From contig CBDVBE010000001.1 of assembly GCA_965372145.1 (NCBI GenBank), positions 1 to 55,106 on the forward strand: a DNA stretch of 55,106 nucleotides. Direction: 5' to 3'. Every line of letters starts with the position of its first letter. The stretch's first letter is position 1. The notes beneath the pieces are model-generated. The model did no database searches. It was not told the DNA's origin and worked only from the letters and a program-made list of their open reading frames with translations. Below are positions 26,952 to 35,925 of this stretch, piece after piece. The stretch comes from an uncultured bacterium (GTDB lineage Bacteria > Fibrobacterota > Chitinivibrionia > Chitinivibrionales > JANQEN01). Both the position numbers and the translations under genes were made by a program.

Positions 26952-29204
26952 GTGGAACAGTATGAATTTTATATCACCGATTTTCAGAGAATTCTCAGGA
27001 AGCGGTATAAGATTGTTATTATTACCGTTATTCTTTCTCTTGGCTTCAGTATATTTTTTGTGCGCATTAAACCACCGCTCTATGAAACCACTGCCACAGT
27101 AAAAGTTGACCGAAACAGTATAATGGGCCTGGGAATGGAATCAATGATTTATGGGGTATGGGATAATATTGAAACCGAAACTATAGTAATCACCAGTTTC
27201 CCTGTGCTGCTACGCGCCGCAAAGCGGTTAAACCTTATTGCGGACAGTATCCCTAATGATACCTATCCTACAGATAATGAAATATTAACCACCTTACAAA
27301 CACTTCGATCGAAGGTTACAACATCGTTGTCAGGTAATACCAATATCATTAAAATAGCAACCAAGTCGAATGATCCGAAAAATGCTTCAGAAACAGCAAA
27401 TGCGGTGGCGCTCTCCTACCGGAATTTTTGCAGGGACGGGAAAAAGATGCATGCAACGAAAACAAAGCAGTTTGTGGAGGAGCAGTTCGAACGATGCAAA
27501 CGTAACTTAAGCGAAGCAGAGCATGCAGTACGTTCATTTGAAGAGCAGCAGGAGATACCGTCAATAAATGATAATGCAAGAATAGTCATACAAAAGGAGT
27601 TGAAAATCCAGGAAGAACTTAAAAGGATTGACGAAGCCAACACCGTAATCGTGATGCAGGAAAAAAACCTTCGTGAATTTAATGATGTGAAGGATATGGT
27701 CAAAAGTTTTGCAAGAGTGAATCAGGACCGGATAACCGACAGTGTGGAATCCGATACCGCTTCTGCAATGCGAATGGGATGGGTTTCAGAGTTTACCGAT
27801 AGAGATCCGGGGTTGCAGCAGTTGAACAGAAGACTTCTTTCATTACAGATACAACTTGCCGACCAGGTCAGTTTCTATAAAAAAGATCATCCGGCAAACC
27901 GGGAGATCGAAAGAAGAATTAAAGAAACCACCAATCAAATTCTCGGTGAATACGAGAAAAAACGTAACATTCTTGATGATAAAAAGAAAAAACTTATTGC
28001 TGAACGCAAGGATGTCGAGCGTGAACTGAGGAGAATTCCAGGCAACCAGATGCAGTATGCCCGTTTGATGAGAGACAGGGAGGTGAATGAAGAGGTGTAT
28101 ACGCTCCTGTCAAAGAAACATCAGGAGGCAATGATAACCGAGGCGGGTATTGTTGATGATGTTACGATCATGTCTCTTGCAACAACGCCTTCGGCACCGG
28201 TAAATAAAAGTATGGCCAGGGTCGCTGCTATAGGCATTCTTTTTGGTCTGATCCTTGGCCTTATTTTCGGTATTCTCAGGGAAGTGCTGGATACCTCTAT
28301 TGGAACGATTGAGGAGGTCGAGCGGACCATTAAACTGCCGGTACTTGCGGTGATCCCTCATATCCTCCATGAGAGCCCAAAGGGGAAAAATGGTAAAAGA
28401 TTTGGATCAAGGAAGGAAACACAATCCCTTATAAAGCCCAGTTCTCTTTTAGTAACCCAATTGCTTCCTAAAGACCCTTCTTCCGAGGCATTCCGTATAC
28501 TGCGGACCAACATGGAATATCTCTTTCATGACAAGCCCGTAAAAACAATTCTTATAACATCTGCAACAATGCAGGAGGGAAAGAGTACGGTTATTTCGAA
28601 CCTTGCCATCGCCCTGGCACAGGAAGGTAAAAAAGTCCTTCTGGTTGGATGTAACCTGCGTCGCCCGTCAATGTTTCGATTGTTCGGACTCGATAGAGGA
28701 CCGGGGACGGCCGATATTCTTATTGAAAAGGTAAAATGGCAGGACTGTATCAGATCGGTCACAGACCTGGTTCTTGGAGGGATGTCAATGGATGAAATTC
28801 TTAATGTCCCCGGCCTAGAGAATCTGAATTTTATTACCTACGGACAGAAGCCGCCCAACCCGGTTGAACTGATTTCCTCGGACAAGATGACTCATCTGTT
28901 GGATGAGCTTAAAAGTCAGTATGATATTGTTCTGGTTGACGCACCGCCACTCTTACCGGTGGCCGATTCAATCGTCCTGTCAAAAAAAGTTGACGGCGTG
29001 TTCCTTGTCTATAAAGTCGGTAAAGTTCCTAGAAATTCTTTGCGACTGGCTAAGGAACGGCTTGAAGCGGTATCGTCAAATGTTATGGGTGTTGTATTAA
29101 ATGATATCAAACCTGAAACAAGTGGTTTCCCGCATGCATCGATTTATTATCAATATCATGAAAAAAAGGACCTCGAGAAAAAAAAGAAACCTGTGCATGC
29201 CTGA
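26952..29204 (+). CDS. Wzz/GumC-type chain-length determinant fused to a BY-type tyrosine autokinase (Wzc-like)
   Basis: 750-aa ORF with GTG start. Two TM helices flank a long coiled-coil periplasmic region. C-terminal Walker A (SATMQEGKST), DIVLVDAPPLLPVADS and a terminal Tyr cluster (IYYQYH). Confidence 0.85.
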   Translation: MEQYEFYITDFQRILRKRYKIVIITVILSLGFSIFFVRIKPPLYETTATVKVDRNSIMGLGMESMIYGVWDNIETETIVITSFPVLLRAAKRLNLIADSIPNDTYPTDNEILTTLQTLRSKVTTSLSGNTNIIKIATKSNDPKNASETANAVALSYRNFCRDGKKMHATKTKQFVEEQFERCKRNLSEAEHAVRSFEEQQEIPSINDNARIVIQKELKIQEELKRIDEANTVIVMQEKNLREFNDVKDMVKSFARVNQDRITDSVESDTASAMRMGWVSEFTDRDPGLQQLNRRLLSLQIQLADQVSFYKKDHPANREIERRIKETTNQILGEYEKKRNILDDKKKKLIAERKDVERELRRIPGNQMQYARLMRDREVNEEVYTLLSKKHQEAMITEAGIVDDVTIMSLATTPSAPVNKSMARVAAIGILFGLILGLIFGILREVLDTSIGTIEEVERTIKLPVLAVIPHILHESPKGKNGKRFGSRKETQSLIKPSSLLVTQLLPKDPSSEAFRILRTNMEYLFHDKPVKTILITSATMQEGKSTVISNLAIALAQEGKKVLLVGCNLRRPSMFRLFGLDRGPGTADILIEKVKWQDCIRSVTDLVLGGMSMDEILNVPGLENLNFITYGQKPPNPVELISSDKMTHLLDELKSQYDIVLVDAPPLLPVADSIVLSKKVDGVFLVYKVGKVPRNSLRLAKERLEAVSSNVMGVVLNDIKPETSGFPHASIYYQYHEKKDLEKKKKPVHA

Positions 29205-29225
29205 TTTTTCTCACATGCTGGTACT

Positions 29226-30656
29226 ATGACACACTATTCTTTACAAGATAATAAGAAAGCTATTCTGCTCCTTCTCTTCCCTGTTTTCCTTCTTGCCGGA
29301 GTTGTACTGTTATATCAGATTGTCGTCCAGGAAAAAAGCATTATATTATTTTGTATATTAGCTGTTCTCTTTTTTATCATCTGTTTTTCAAGTATACGGA
29401 TTTCGCTTATTCTGCTTATTTTTTCAATGCTTCTTTCCCCGGAAATAGCAGTTGCGCAAACTACGGCACGGGATGTCACCATCCGTTTTGATGATCTGCT
29501 CCTTTCTATTATGACAATCAGTTGGCTCGCACGGATGGCAATATTTTCAGATCTGGGAATTATTCTTAAGAATCCTATTAATAGACCTGTTATTCTATTT
29601 TCTTCCCTCGCGATAAGCTCAACAATATTGGGGACTATGTATGGGTCTGTGAGCCCCTTAGCAGGAACTTTCTTTGTGCTTAAGATGATTGAGTACTTTT
29701 TCCTTTTTTTTATTGTGGTTAATTATGTGCATAAAGAGGAAGAGATACATCAGTTGCTGAGTTCGCTGTTGATTGTTTTTGGTATTATCTGCTTGTATGG
29801 TATATTCCAGGTTATTACCGGTGGAGATATCAGCGCTCCGTTTGAAGGGGAGCATGCGGAAAGGAATACTCTGGGGGGCTATCTGGTGTTAATGGCATCG
29901 GTTGCAGGCGGTGTTATGCTTTATACGGAATCGAAACTTGAAAAAGTTCTGATAGCATCATTTCTTCCACTGTTTTTTATTGTTCTGCTTTTTTCGATTT
30001 CCAGAAGCGGCTGGGTTTCCGGAATTACTGCTTTAATAGTACTCTTCGTTTGTACAAAGGAGAAAGGAATCTTTTTTCTCATTATTCTTGTAGTCTTGCT
30101 GATATTTCCATTTGTCATGCCGGAAGTGGTACAAGATCGATTCGATTTTACCTTTTTCCAGAAATCCCAGTATAGCAGCCAGATTAGAATAGGTCCGATT
30201 TTATTAGACACCTCGACATCGGCAAGGATTTTCTCCTATAAGTTAGTACTCAATCGTTTCTTAAAACATCCGTTCCTGGGATATGGCATAACCGGATTTG
30301 GATTTATTGACGGGCAGTTTTTCAGGGTATTAATAGAAATGGGTATTATTGGTCTTACCTCTTTTCTATGGGTTCTGACCGGTGTACATGGAATAATACG
30401 AAGGGGTATGAAAACTGTCGGCTCACCAAGGCTTCGTGGTATGGCTGTCGGTTTTTATGCCGGTTTCTGGGCGATGATGATTCATGCTATGACGGCAAAC
30501 ACTTTTATTATTGTCCGTATTGCCGAGCCATTCTGGTGTTTAACAGGGCTTATTGTTGCCTATTCATATACGATGGCAAAAAGTAATTTAGTAGAGGAAG
30601 CGGAAGTAGAAATATCAGCAGAACAAGAGGAAAAAATCCAAAAAGGAGATAGGTGA
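29226..30656 (+). CDS. O-antigen ligase / Wzy-like polymerase family membrane protein
   Basis: 476-aa ORF with at least 10 TM segments and one larger loop (SRSGWVSG region), typical of the Wzy_C/O-antigen-ligase family. Confidence 0.7.
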   Translation: MTHYSLQDNKKAILLLLFPVFLLAGVVLLYQIVVQEKSIILFCILAVLFFIICFSSIRISLILLIFSMLLSPEIAVAQTTARDVTIRFDDLLLSIMTISWLARMAIFSDLGIILKNPINRPVILFSSLAISSTILGTMYGSVSPLAGTFFVLKMIEYFFLFFIVVNYVHKEEEIHQLLSSLLIVFGIICLYGIFQVITGGDISAPFEGEHAERNTLGGYLVLMASVAGGVMLYTESKLEKVLIASFLPLFFIVLLFSISRSGWVSGITALIVLFVCTKEKGIFFLIILVVLLIFPFVMPEVVQDRFDFTFFQKSQYSSQIRIGPILLDTSTSARIFSYKLVLNRFLKHPFLGYGITGFGFIDGQFFRVLIEMGIIGLTSFLWVLTGVHGIIRRGMKTVGSPRLRGMAVGFYAGFWAMMIHAMTANTFIIVRIAEPFWCLTGLIVAYSYTMAKSNLVEEAEVEISAEQEEKIQKGDR

Positions 30657-30973
30657 TGACGGTAAAGAAAAAATTAGTAGTGAAAACAGGTATGTGTAAT
30701 GGTATAGATTCTATCGGTATTGTAGGCCCGTTTGATTCGGTTGACGCGCAGATTGATGAGATTGCTGATACTATCATTAATCAGGGAAAAAAGAATATTG
30801 TCTTCGATTTCAGTGAAACAACCTATCTTACCAGCTCAGGTATAGCAGTGATCATTAAAGTCCTTAAGAAATGCCAGAAGGCGCAGGGTGCATTATATAT
30901 TGCTAATATTACGCAGGATATGTATGATCTGCTAAATTGTTCTTCGTTGAATAATTTTCTTCAGTATATTTGA
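30653..30973 (+). CDS. single-domain STAS protein (anti-sigma-factor-antagonist type)
   Basis: 106-aa ORF overlapping the upstream stop. IVFDFSETTYLTSSGIAVIIKVL contains the canonical (D/T)SSG phosphorylatable-serine loop. Confidence 0.75.
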   Translation: MMTVKKKLVVKTGMCNGIDSIGIVGPFDSVDAQIDEIADTIINQGKKNIVFDFSETTYLTSSGIAVIIKVLKKCQKAQGALYIANITQDMYDLLNCSSLNNFLQYI

Positions 30974-31255
30974 AGATTTAGTAAAATTCAACTATTTAAT
31001 TTAAACCCAACATTTTGTTAGGACTATAGCCTTCAGCTCTGCTGCACAAAAATATGCTATTCAACTTCTCATATATCTTTCATCCCTTTTTGAACTTTAA
31101 TTTACTCCAAACTCACAAACTTGCAAACTTATTCGTATGGCTTACCTGCAATCATTTAGTATTTTCTTTCCAGCATAAAACACAAAAAGTAATTTATAAG
31201 TAGACATTCCATACACTTCTAATAAACCTTTTGGGCTATACCGGAAAAGTACTGA

Positions 31256-31570
31256 ATGATTAGAAGCAATCTCATTGTTAAAAAGGGCATGTTTAATGGC
31301 ATAGATTCAATCGGTGTTGTTGGCCCGTTTGATCAGATGGACGGCCAGATTGAGATTCTCACTGATGAAATACTAAAGCAAGGTAAAAAGGATATCGTAT
31401 TTGATTTTAAGGAGACAATTTATATCACCAGTTCCGGTGTGGCTATGCTTGTTAAAGTTCTGAAAAAAGTGCACTGGGCAAAGGGAGCGTTATACATTTC
31501 CAATATTACTCAGGATATGTGGGCACTCCTTGCGAATTCCGCGTTGGATAGATTTTTAAAAGTTATTTAA
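31256..31570 (+). CDS. single-domain STAS protein, tandem paralog of 30653-30973
   Basis: 104-aa ORF. More than half its residues are identical by eye to the previous STAS protein. IVFDFKETIYITSSGVAMLVKVL. Confidence 0.75.
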   Translation: MIRSNLIVKKGMFNGIDSIGVVGPFDQMDGQIEILTDEILKQGKKDIVFDFKETIYITSSGVAMLVKVLKKVHWAKGALYISNITQDMWALLANSALDRFLKVI

Positions 31571-31721
31571 TATCTGTTCAAAATTGACTGTTTGGGAACC
31601 TTGCGCCCCCTAAATCCCCCGGAGGGGGACTTGTAAGGTGTTGATTTTATTATAACATTATTTCAACACAAGTCCCCCTCCGGAGGATTTTGGGGGCGCA
31701 GATGTCAATTCTGAACAGATA
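31571..31721. repeat. nested-hairpin palindromic element, family A copy 1
   Basis: Outer IR TATCTGTTCAAAATTGAC (31571-31588) / GTCAATTCTGAACAGATA (31704-31721). Inner arms GCGCCCCCTAAATCCCCCGGAGGGGGACTTG (31603-31633) and their reverse complement (31669-31699). It starts 1 nt after a stop codon. Confidence 0.85.
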
Positions 31722-31803
31722 CTATTTAGATGATATCTCCCGGTTTTTTCACGTTTTATAATCCAAAGAAATAATAGTTTCGACCGTCACAACGCTTTAG
31801 CAG

Positions 31804-32934
31804 CTATTTCCCGGCAGTATAGGTGTCTATAAGAAGATTATAGAGCGAGTGCGCATACATTGCACTGGTAAATTGTGCAGCCCGTTCCAGCCCCCGTTTT
31901 GAAATTGTTGAAGCCAACTCCGGTGATGTAAGTACTGACAGGATTTTCTCAGCGATCTGCCGATGATCGCGCGGATCAACAACTATACCGGCATCCCCGA
32001 CAATTTCTTTAAGCGATGTTTCAACCGATGATACCACCGGTGTACCGCATGCCATAGCTTCCAACGGTGGATAGCCGAATCCTTCATATAACGATAGCAT
32101 AACAAAGACCTTCGCTGACGAGTAAAGAACGACTTGATCTTTGATGGGGATCTTTCCGGTAACGATGATATTATTTCTGGCAGTGGATGACTGTATGCAC
32201 CTTTCAATTTTATTGGCAGATATTATCGGTGCTCCCGCAAGTACGAGTGTAATATCTGGTACAGTTTCTACAACACTTTCAAAGGCTTTTATTAACACGT
32301 CGACATTCTTATGCGGCTTAAAATTACCGGTATACAGTATGAAATCTGAATTGATACCGTATCTTTGCTTAACTGCTTTTACCAAGTCAGGGGCACGAAC
32401 CGGTTTGTAGATATCATCCAGTCCAAGGTAGATCACTTTTATCTTGTCAGGTTTAACGCCATAAAACCGTATGATTTCAGTCTTTGAATACTCTGAACAG
32501 GTAAATATGACGTCTGCTCTGTGTGCCATGAGCCTGCCGAATGTTTTCAAATAGAGGAGTGCCAATGGGCTTAAATCCTTTTTATAGTATTCGCAGTATA
32601 CATACATTAAATCAAACAGCGCACTGACACAAATACCGGGGCAGAAGACCGGGATCTTATAATAGGGAGAATAGAAGATATCTATAGTGTTATTTTTAAT
32701 TAAACTGCGTAGAACAAATTGATCCCATAACCATGTATGTTCCTCTTTTTTTACACAGTTGCTGATGCGTGAAGAGAAACGGACACACTCTGCGGGAACC
32801 GGTTTGCTTGAAAAAAGAATGCAGGTGTTGTCATCATGCTGGTCTGCAAAATAATCAAGAAATACTGCAAGTGCACGGCCCATACCCGTTGTTATACCAT
32901 CCTGAATCTCCCGTGCGTCAATTCCTATAATCAT
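31804..32934 (-). CDS. family 4 (GT-B) glycosyltransferase
   Basis: 376-aa ORF. EGFGYPPLEAMACGTPVVSSVETSLKEIVGDAG motif. Confidence 0.85.
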   Translation of the reverse strand: MIIGIDAREIQDGITTGMGRALAVFLDYFADQHDDNTCILFSSKPVPAECVRFSSRISNCVKKEEHTWLWDQFVLRSLIKNNTIDIFYSPYYKIPVFCPGICVSALFDLMYVYCEYYKKDLSPLALLYLKTFGRLMAHRADVIFTCSEYSKTEIIRFYGVKPDKIKVIYLGLDDIYKPVRAPDLVKAVKQRYGINSDFILYTGNFKPHKNVDVLIKAFESVVETVPDITLVLAGAPIISANKIERCIQSSTARNNIIVTGKIPIKDQVVLYSSAKVFVMLSLYEGFGYPPLEAMACGTPVVSSVETSLKEIVGDAGIVVDPRDHRQIAEKILSVLTSPELASTISKRGLERAAQFTSAMYAHSLYNLLIDTYTAGK

Positions 32935-33120
32935 GGCGACTATTCCTGCTGAAGCAGTTTGTCGAACGTATTAGACATGTTCACTATGTTATTTCTCTTT
33001 ACAATTTCAGTATATATGTGTACTATTTATATACTACTATGATACAGATAATACGACTATAAAAAATATAGTGATTACACTTAAATAATAGTAACAATAA
33101 TTTTAATCAGTATATCGATA

Positions 33121-34191
33121 ATGGAAAACACAAAACAGGTTTTAATTGCTGAGAACGATAAAACAATTCGCACGGCATTAACCATGGTGCTGCAGGAGAT
33201 CGGGTTGAAAGTATTTGCAGTGGATAATGGTGTTAGTGCGATGGGAAATATTCGGACCAGAGAGATTAATTTGGTTATAACCAACCTGCTCCTTCCGCAG
33301 CTCAATGGTGTCGATCTTATAAAAAACACACAGACTACTCATCCCCATACGGAGATTGTTGTTCTTTCGGATGTCGTTAATGATGCGGTATATGAACTCA
33401 TGCGAAAACTTGGTGTATTCCGCCTGTTTCAGATTCCGTTTAAGATTGACGATATTAAAGATGCAGTCCTCCGGGGCCTTGCGAGTAACCGGGAAGAACG
33501 TCTTACTACCCAAATTCCGTTACTGCATGAATTCATGCAGGACTTTATACGGATAGTCGTGGCACATCCGGATATTGATGTGTTTGAAAAGATATTGGGA
33601 ATCGGATTAGCAGCAGGATGGACGGTTGATCATGCTCAAAATGCCGAAGAGTTTACGAAGTTACTTACCATTGGTTTCTATGACATACTTGTTTCTTCGG
33701 AATCGTTTAGTAAAGCATTAAACCGGAATGATCTTCACACGCTGACCCAAAGCTCATGCAAACCGGTACTCTTTATCCTTTCAGATGTACCGAACTCATC
33801 AAAGGTCAGGAATGTTGCCTTTGCTTCATCTGTTTTATATCTGCCTGAGGGATTTGAAAAAAATACTTTTATAAAAGTGTTGCAGGAGGCTCTCCCGGAG
33901 TATCTTGATAAGAAGGAGAAATATTCCCTGGAACAGGAGTTGAAGCAGTGCAGAAAGGTGACCCCGGGATCCTTTGTGTTCTGTTTGAAGAGACGCTTGA
34001 GGAAAGCGATGGGGCCTGTATTTATTCTCTACTGTATTATGATACTTCTTGCGGGGCTTGCAGGATTCTGGATCAGTACCATGATGGGAAGAGGGTATAA
34101 AGAAAAAGAAGAGACACAGCAGAGTGATATGCTTCATAAGATGGAGCAGTATCAGGAAATGCAGAAGTTGTATGAACAGCGGGGAAAATAG
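33121..34191 (+). CDS. membrane-anchored tandem pseudo-receiver protein (REC-like, phospho-acceptor Asp replaced by Asn)
   Basis: 356-aa ORF. The N-terminal REC fold (VLIAENDKTIR...INLVITNLLLPQLNG...VVLSD...IPFK) has Asn where the acceptor Asp should be. A second degenerate REC-like region follows, then one TM helix (VFILYCIMILLAGLAGFWI) and a charged tail. Confidence 0.65.
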   Translation: MENTKQVLIAENDKTIRTALTMVLQEIGLKVFAVDNGVSAMGNIRTREINLVITNLLLPQLNGVDLIKNTQTTHPHTEIVVLSDVVNDAVYELMRKLGVFRLFQIPFKIDDIKDAVLRGLASNREERLTTQIPLLHEFMQDFIRIVVAHPDIDVFEKILGIGLAAGWTVDHAQNAEEFTKLLTIGFYDILVSSESFSKALNRNDLHTLTQSSCKPVLFILSDVPNSSKVRNVAFASSVLYLPEGFEKNTFIKVLQEALPEYLDKKEKYSLEQELKQCRKVTPGSFVFCLKRRLRKAMGPVFILYCIMILLAGLAGFWISTMMGRGYKEKEETQQSDMLHKMEQYQEMQKLYEQRGK

Positions 34192-34216
34192 GGATATAGT
34201 ATCCTACATTTAGCAG

Positions 34217-34286
34217 TTCACCGCAGAGATCACAGAGAAGAAATAATTTTAAATTTAAGATTTTTCTCTGCGTGCTTTGCGGTGAA
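34217..34286. repeat. inverted repeat / probable bidirectional terminator between convergent genes
   Basis: TTCACCGCAGAGATCACAGAGAA (34217-34239) and TTCTCTGCGTGCTTTGCGGTGAA (34264-34286) are imperfect reverse complements, followed by TTTT. Confidence 0.6.
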
Positions 34287-34383
34287 TTTTAGTTGAGTTT
34301 TTAGGATTATTCAATAGGACACAATGTTATAGCATCAACCGGGAACCCTTTAACCCGGAACCTGTGAACGGTTACGTTTTATC

Positions 34384-34716
34384 TTATGAGTTTATCAGGT
34401 CATCCATCGTGGGAAATATTTCAATCACGCTATCAAGGTCCAGTACATTGAATGTAGACAATATATCTTCATTTGGTTGAACTAATACCAGTTTCCCCTC
34501 TTTATCTTTAATCAATTCAAAACATTGCATGATAACCCTGATAGCATTTGAGAAGAGGTATGATTTATCTGAAAAGGAGAAGGCAATCCGGGTCTCGTTT
34601 TGCTGGAGCGCCTGTTCCACTACAGTGACGAGTTCTCCTATGTCGGTATAGATTCCAATGTGATCTTTAACCGAAATTATGCGATAGCCGTTTTGATAGG
34701 ATGAATCAATATTCAT
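34384..34716 (-). CDS. STAS-like small protein (degenerate serine loop), paralog a
   Basis: 110-aa ORF. About four-fifths identical by eye to 35506-35832. IAFSFSDKSYLFSNAIRVIM sits where STAS proteins carry the SSG loop. Confidence 0.6.
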   Translation of the reverse strand: MNIDSSYQNGYRIISVKDHIGIYTDIGELVTVVEQALQQNETRIAFSFSDKSYLFSNAIRVIMQCFELIKDKEGKLVLVQPNEDILSTFNVLDLDSVIEIFPTMDDLINS

Positions 34717-34815
34717 AGGTTCCCCGTCGTTAATTACACCTTGCTATATATTCCCGGATTCTTTTTAACAAAATAGTAACTTTAATTTTAATAATCAAAT
34801 CTATAGTGTTTATTT

Positions 34816-35091
34816 TTAAAATGGAGAGGGGAACTTACCAACTATAGAAATCTTATAGGTAAGGCCCAAGCGGGACGAGGCAATAGGCATTGCATAGTCA
34901 ACACCAAACCACGAATAACGCATTCCCAGTCCAACCGAGAAATCAAAATCCCGATAATCCCGTTCTGCTATATCAAGGCCTGTTGCCATGCCGCCGCGGA
35001 TCATAACAATACCAAATAGTTTGTAGAAAAATTCAATATAATATAATCTGATGATTAAAAAGGTGTACCGGAAACCGTTACTGTACTTCAA
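34816..35091 (-). pseudogene. truncated duplicate of the 3' end of the PorV/PorQ-like gene
   Basis: The C-terminal ~62 aa of this 91-aa ORF (GMATGLDIAERDYRDFDFSVGLGMRYSWFGVDYAMPIASSRLGLTYKISIVGKFPSPF) nearly repeat the C-terminus of 35926-36882. Nucleotide similarity stops near 35025. Confidence 0.7.
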
Positions 35092-35121
35092 TTACAAGTT
35101 AAAGGCATGATGGAATTTTCA

Positions 35122-35460
35122 TTAACCTTCTGCATTCAGAAGATCTTCTTTTAAAGGAAAGACCTTAATCACACTGTCAAGACCCAGCATCTTCATCAAT
35201 GATTGAATGTCTTCGTTCGGTTGAATTATTGCAAGGGAGCCGCCCTCTTTCTGTATCAAATCAAAACAGGACATGATTGACCTGATTGAATCAGAAAAGA
35301 GAAATGACTCTTTAGTAAAGGAAAAAGCTATATGAGGCTCGTGCTGCTGAAGAGCACCTTTTACGACGTCTATAAGCTCATCAAGATTAGTGTCGGCTAT
35401 TATTCGATCTTTAATCTCAAAAATACGAAAACCGTTTTGAAATGAGGAATCAATATTCAT
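35122..35460 (-). CDS. STAS-like small protein (degenerate serine loop), paralog b
   Basis: 112-aa ORF sharing MNIDSS.QNG.RI...ALQQ.E..IAFSF...S.LFS..IR.IM.CF.LI with paralogs a and c. Confidence 0.6.
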   Translation of the reverse strand: MNIDSSFQNGFRIFEIKDRIIADTNLDELIDVVKGALQQHEPHIAFSFTKESFLFSDSIRSIMSCFDLIQKEGGSLAIIQPNEDIQSLMKMLGLDSVIKVFPLKEDLLNAEG

Positions 35461-35505
35461 AACATTTTTAATTAATCTATTAGTGACAGGTGATAGTATA
35501 AAATC

Positions 35506-35832
35506 CTATTCTATTTCATCCAGGGAAGGAAACACTTTAATAATCTTATCCAGATCCAGCACATTGAATGTAGACAATATATCGTCATTTGGTCGCACCA
35601 ACCCCAGTGTACCCTCGTTATCTTTTATCAATTCAAAACATTGCATGATTACCCTGATGGAATTTGAAAAAAGGTATGATTTGTCGGTAAAGGAGAAGGC
35701 AATCCAGGTTTCATTTTGCTGGAGTGCCTGTTCCACTATAGTGACGAGTTCTCCTATGTCAGTATACACGCCAATGTGATCTTTAACCGAGATTACACGA
35801 TACCCGTTATGATAGGATGAATCAATATTCAT
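35506..35832 (-). CDS. STAS-like small protein (degenerate serine loop), paralog c
   Basis: 108-aa ORF, 93 nt downstream of the PorV/PorQ-like gene on the same strand. Confidence 0.6.
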   Translation of the reverse strand: MNIDSSYHNGYRVISVKDHIGVYTDIGELVTIVEQALQQNETWIAFSFTDKSYLFSNSIRVIMQCFELIKDNEGTLGLVRPNDDILSTFNVLDLDKIIKVFPSLDEIE

Positions 35833-35925
35833 AGGTCCCCAATCGTTATTTTCCTCTCTATATTCGTCCCTGGATACTTTTTAACAAAATAGTACCTTGA
35901 ATTGAAATAATCAAATGTACGAGAT

